A stretch of 64,000 bases of DNA from a virus, in IMG/VR virus record IMGVR_UViG_3300015171_000002, positions 44,529-108,528 of that record. One strand, 5' to 3'. Made by a program: the position numbers and the translations under genes. Positions 61,906 through 64,000 of this stretch are shown here, one piece after another (the first letter of the stretch is position 1; the number at the start of each line of letters is the position of its first letter). The notes beneath the pieces are model-generated. The model was not told where the DNA came from, did not search any database, and saw nothing but the letters and a program-made list of their open reading frames with translations.

Positions 61906-64000
61906 TGTCACGGCAACCTCAACAAAAAACCGTCGATAATCCGAGAATGCTTGGTGGAATGGATATGTTATATAATAACGTCATTCCCTATGATGTTCCT
62001 AGATATACCGATGGTGATTTATGGAGATATATCGCTGGTAAACAGCCAGTAGTTCAGGACTGTATTACCAGTATGGTAATGTATGCTCAATCCCTTCCCT
62101 GGGATGTCCGAGCTAAAAAAGCCAAAGATAATAAGAAAAATGAAAAAGATATAGATTATCATAAAAATATATTTAATGAAGCTAACGATTCGGGCCGATT
62201 AAATCATATCGACTTTTTAGTACAAGATTATTATACAGTTCCTTTTGGTGGAGCAAGTGAAGCAGTTCGATATTCAGATGGTCGTTTATTTAAAATTGTT
62301 AATATTGATGCCGCTACTTTATATCCTACTAATAATCCAACAATGCCAGTTATGCAGAGAGTCGGTGTAAGAGAGCCTATTTTCTATAAACCAGATGAGA
62401 TAAATAGAATGTTCCAAACCCCTAGACCAGAAATATCTAGAGCGGGATGGGGAATGAGTCCCACAGAAAAAGTTTATCTAGCCGTTGAATTACTAAGTCG
62501 TGGCGATAAATATTATGCTCAACTCCTATTAGATACACCGGAAGCCGGTTTATTAGACCTGGGAGATATGAGTCAAGAATCTGCTTTGAAATGGTTAGAA
62601 AGTTTTAAAAATTTAGTAAGTGGTATTGATGCCTTTAAAATTCCAGTATTATATCAGCATACCGTTCCAGCTAAATTTATTCCTTTCGGTCGGCCTCCAA
62701 CCGAATTAATGTTTAATGATATTACTTATAAATATGCAGAACTGGTTTGTGCTGCTTTTGGTATTTCAACTGGTGATATCGGATTAAAACATTCTGGTGG
62801 AGGAAGTGGTTTATCAGCTCAAATGCGAGATGAAAGACATGCTAGAGCAACTGGTTATGCTAGTTTGAAAGCACATCTAACTGAATATTTTAATAAATTT
62901 CTACCCGAACAATTAGAATTTGTATTTATTGATACAGACGATGAATTATTAGTTGCTAAAGGTCGTGCCAGAAGTGCTAACGGTGTTGGTTTAAGAAACT
63001 TAGTAGAAGCCGGTATGATTACGCCAAAAGAAGGTAGGGATCAGCTAATAGCTGACGGTCTACTAACCATCCCATTAGATGATGAGCCTAATCCAGCCGA
63101 TTTTGAAATTCTAAATGATATTAGTGGTCTAAATGATCAAATTGATATTCAACAGCAACAAGTAAATCTACAAAAGAAACAATTACAATTACAAGCCGCT
63201 GCTCCTACTAATACTCCAATTGGAAAACCCGGAATAAGTAAACCCGGTGGAAATTCTAAAGGAAAATTCAAAGGTCAGGGTGGACAGGGATTAAATAAAC
63301 AAAGAAATCTAAGGGGTGGTAAACTTGAAAGTGTTCAAGGTAAGGATAATGTTCCAGCTAGTGCAGGTGGACAAGGTGAGATAAAATCAGATTATTCGGA
63401 ACCACTGTCTGAATATATAAATATGGTTTATGAGCCTGTAAAAACTGGATTATCAGTCGTTAGAAGTCGAAGATTAATAAAAGCCGCACTAAAAAAGAAT
63501 TTCTCTATGGTACAAACCGCTTCACACGCCGAAAATTTTCTAGATTGGAGAACAACATATTTAGAACAATTATTTACTTTACGTTCTGATAGTGATTTGC
63601 AGAAAATGGTAGATTCTCAAATAGATGACTTTACCGCTTTCGTAAAGATGGATAATTGGTATAATGTGAGTTTTGATAAAGAAAAAGTAGCACAAATCTT
63701 ATCTGATTATTATAAAGATGGTGTTATGTTAGCTGCCAGAGAAATACAAACTAATCTTTATGAGAACGGCGAAGCAAATACTTTTGAAATCCGATCTGAT
63801 TATTCAATACCAGATAATCACGAAAATATAAATTTGAATGTAAATTTATTACAAGATTTTATAAATAATAGTTCTGAATTTTATCTAACACGTCTATCAT
63901 TAGGCTCTATTATCGAAATTGTTTCAGAATTTCAAGAAAAGATTCAAACATCTACACTTGAAGAAATACTAAACGATGAAGAAATTATTGAAAAAGCTTC
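61905..64000 (+). CDS. Portal protein with long C-terminal extension, incomplete at the window end (absent from the ORF track)
   Basis: Frame from ATG 61905 (MSRQPQQK...) appears open to the window end; follows terL; IDAATL, GMSPTE and AAFGIS..DIG portal-like segments. Confidence 0.8.
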   Translation, partial: MSRQPQQKTVDNPRMLGGMDMLYNNVIPYDVPRYTDGDLWRYIAGKQPVVQDCITSMVMYAQSLPWDVRAKKAKDNKKNEKDIDYHKNIFNEANDSGRLNHIDFLVQDYYTVPFGGASEAVRYSDGRLFKIVNIDAATLYPTNNPTMPVMQRVGVREPIFYKPDEINRMFQTPRPEISRAGWGMSPTEKVYLAVELLSRGDKYYAQLLLDTPEAGLLDLGDMSQESALKWLESFKNLVSGIDAFKIPVLYQHTVPAKFIPFGRPPTELMFNDITYKYAELVCAAFGISTGDIGLKHSGGGSGLSAQMRDERHARATGYASLKAHLTEYFNKFLPEQLEFVFIDTDDELLVAKGRARSANGVGLRNLVEAGMITPKEGRDQLIADGLLTIPLDDEPNPADFEILNDISGLNDQIDIQQQQVNLQKKQLQLQAAAPTNTPIGKPGISKPGGNSKGKFKGQGGQGLNKQRNLRGGKLESVQGKDNVPASAGGQGEIKSDYSEPLSEYINMVYEPVKTGLSVVRSRRLIKAALKKNFSMVQTASHAENFLDWRTTYLEQLFTLRSDSDLQKMVDSQIDDFTAFVKMDNWYNVSFDKEKVAQILSDYYKDGVMLAAREIQTNLYENGEANTFEIRSDYSIPDNHENINLNVNLLQDFINNSSEFYLTRLSLGSIIEIVSEFQEKIQTSTLEEILNDEEIIEKA

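Noticed and set aside
1-64000. Stop-codon reassignment (TGA or TAG), suggested by the UCA tRNA-like gene
   Set aside because: Recognisable genes are full length under code 11 and end at TGA or TAG, often overlapping the next start (for example 2692-2695 and 3978-3981), so recoding is not genome-wide.

Overview
AT-rich segment of a large tailed dsDNA phage genome using the standard genetic code. No cellular housekeeping operons are visible. Layout: (1) 1-5.4 kb replication and recombination genes (RecA, two PD-(D/E)XK resolvase-like nucleases, an RNase H-fold exonuclease, dUTPase, a possible small terminase). (2) 5.4-16.2 kb dispersed tRNA array, interleaved with homing endonucleases, Pnkp, GroES and a methyltransferase; outlying tRNAs lie at 24.4, 31.0 and 37.6 kb. 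About 27 tRNA or tRNA-like genes cover 19 amino acids; no Gln tRNA was found. (3) 15.8-18.8 kb noncoding-RNA island ending in a clear YrlA-type Y RNA, directly followed by a Ro60/Rsr (TROVE-vWA) gene. (4) 19-43 kb mostly small hypothetical genes, plus two more methyltransferases, a deaminase, two RNA ligases and a CCA-adding-type nucleotidyltransferase. (5) 43-54.4 kb sparse, promoter-dense, early/host-takeover-like region packed with repeated operator-like motifs and small structured RNAs. (6) 55.2-58.7 kb minus-strand block with a class II ribonucleotide reductase. (7) 59.4-64 kb large terminase, membrane proteins and a portal protein that runs off the window end. Most striking observations: three tRNA-like genes with the arm order acceptor-anticodon-D-like-T (anticodons UCU, UCG, UAU); an array of four Y-RNA-like stems sharing an AAUUCAUC motif next to Ro60, within a full RNA-repair and tRNA-maturation gene set; and several distinct promoter/operator classes. 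All assignments come from reading motifs by eye; no database searches were run.
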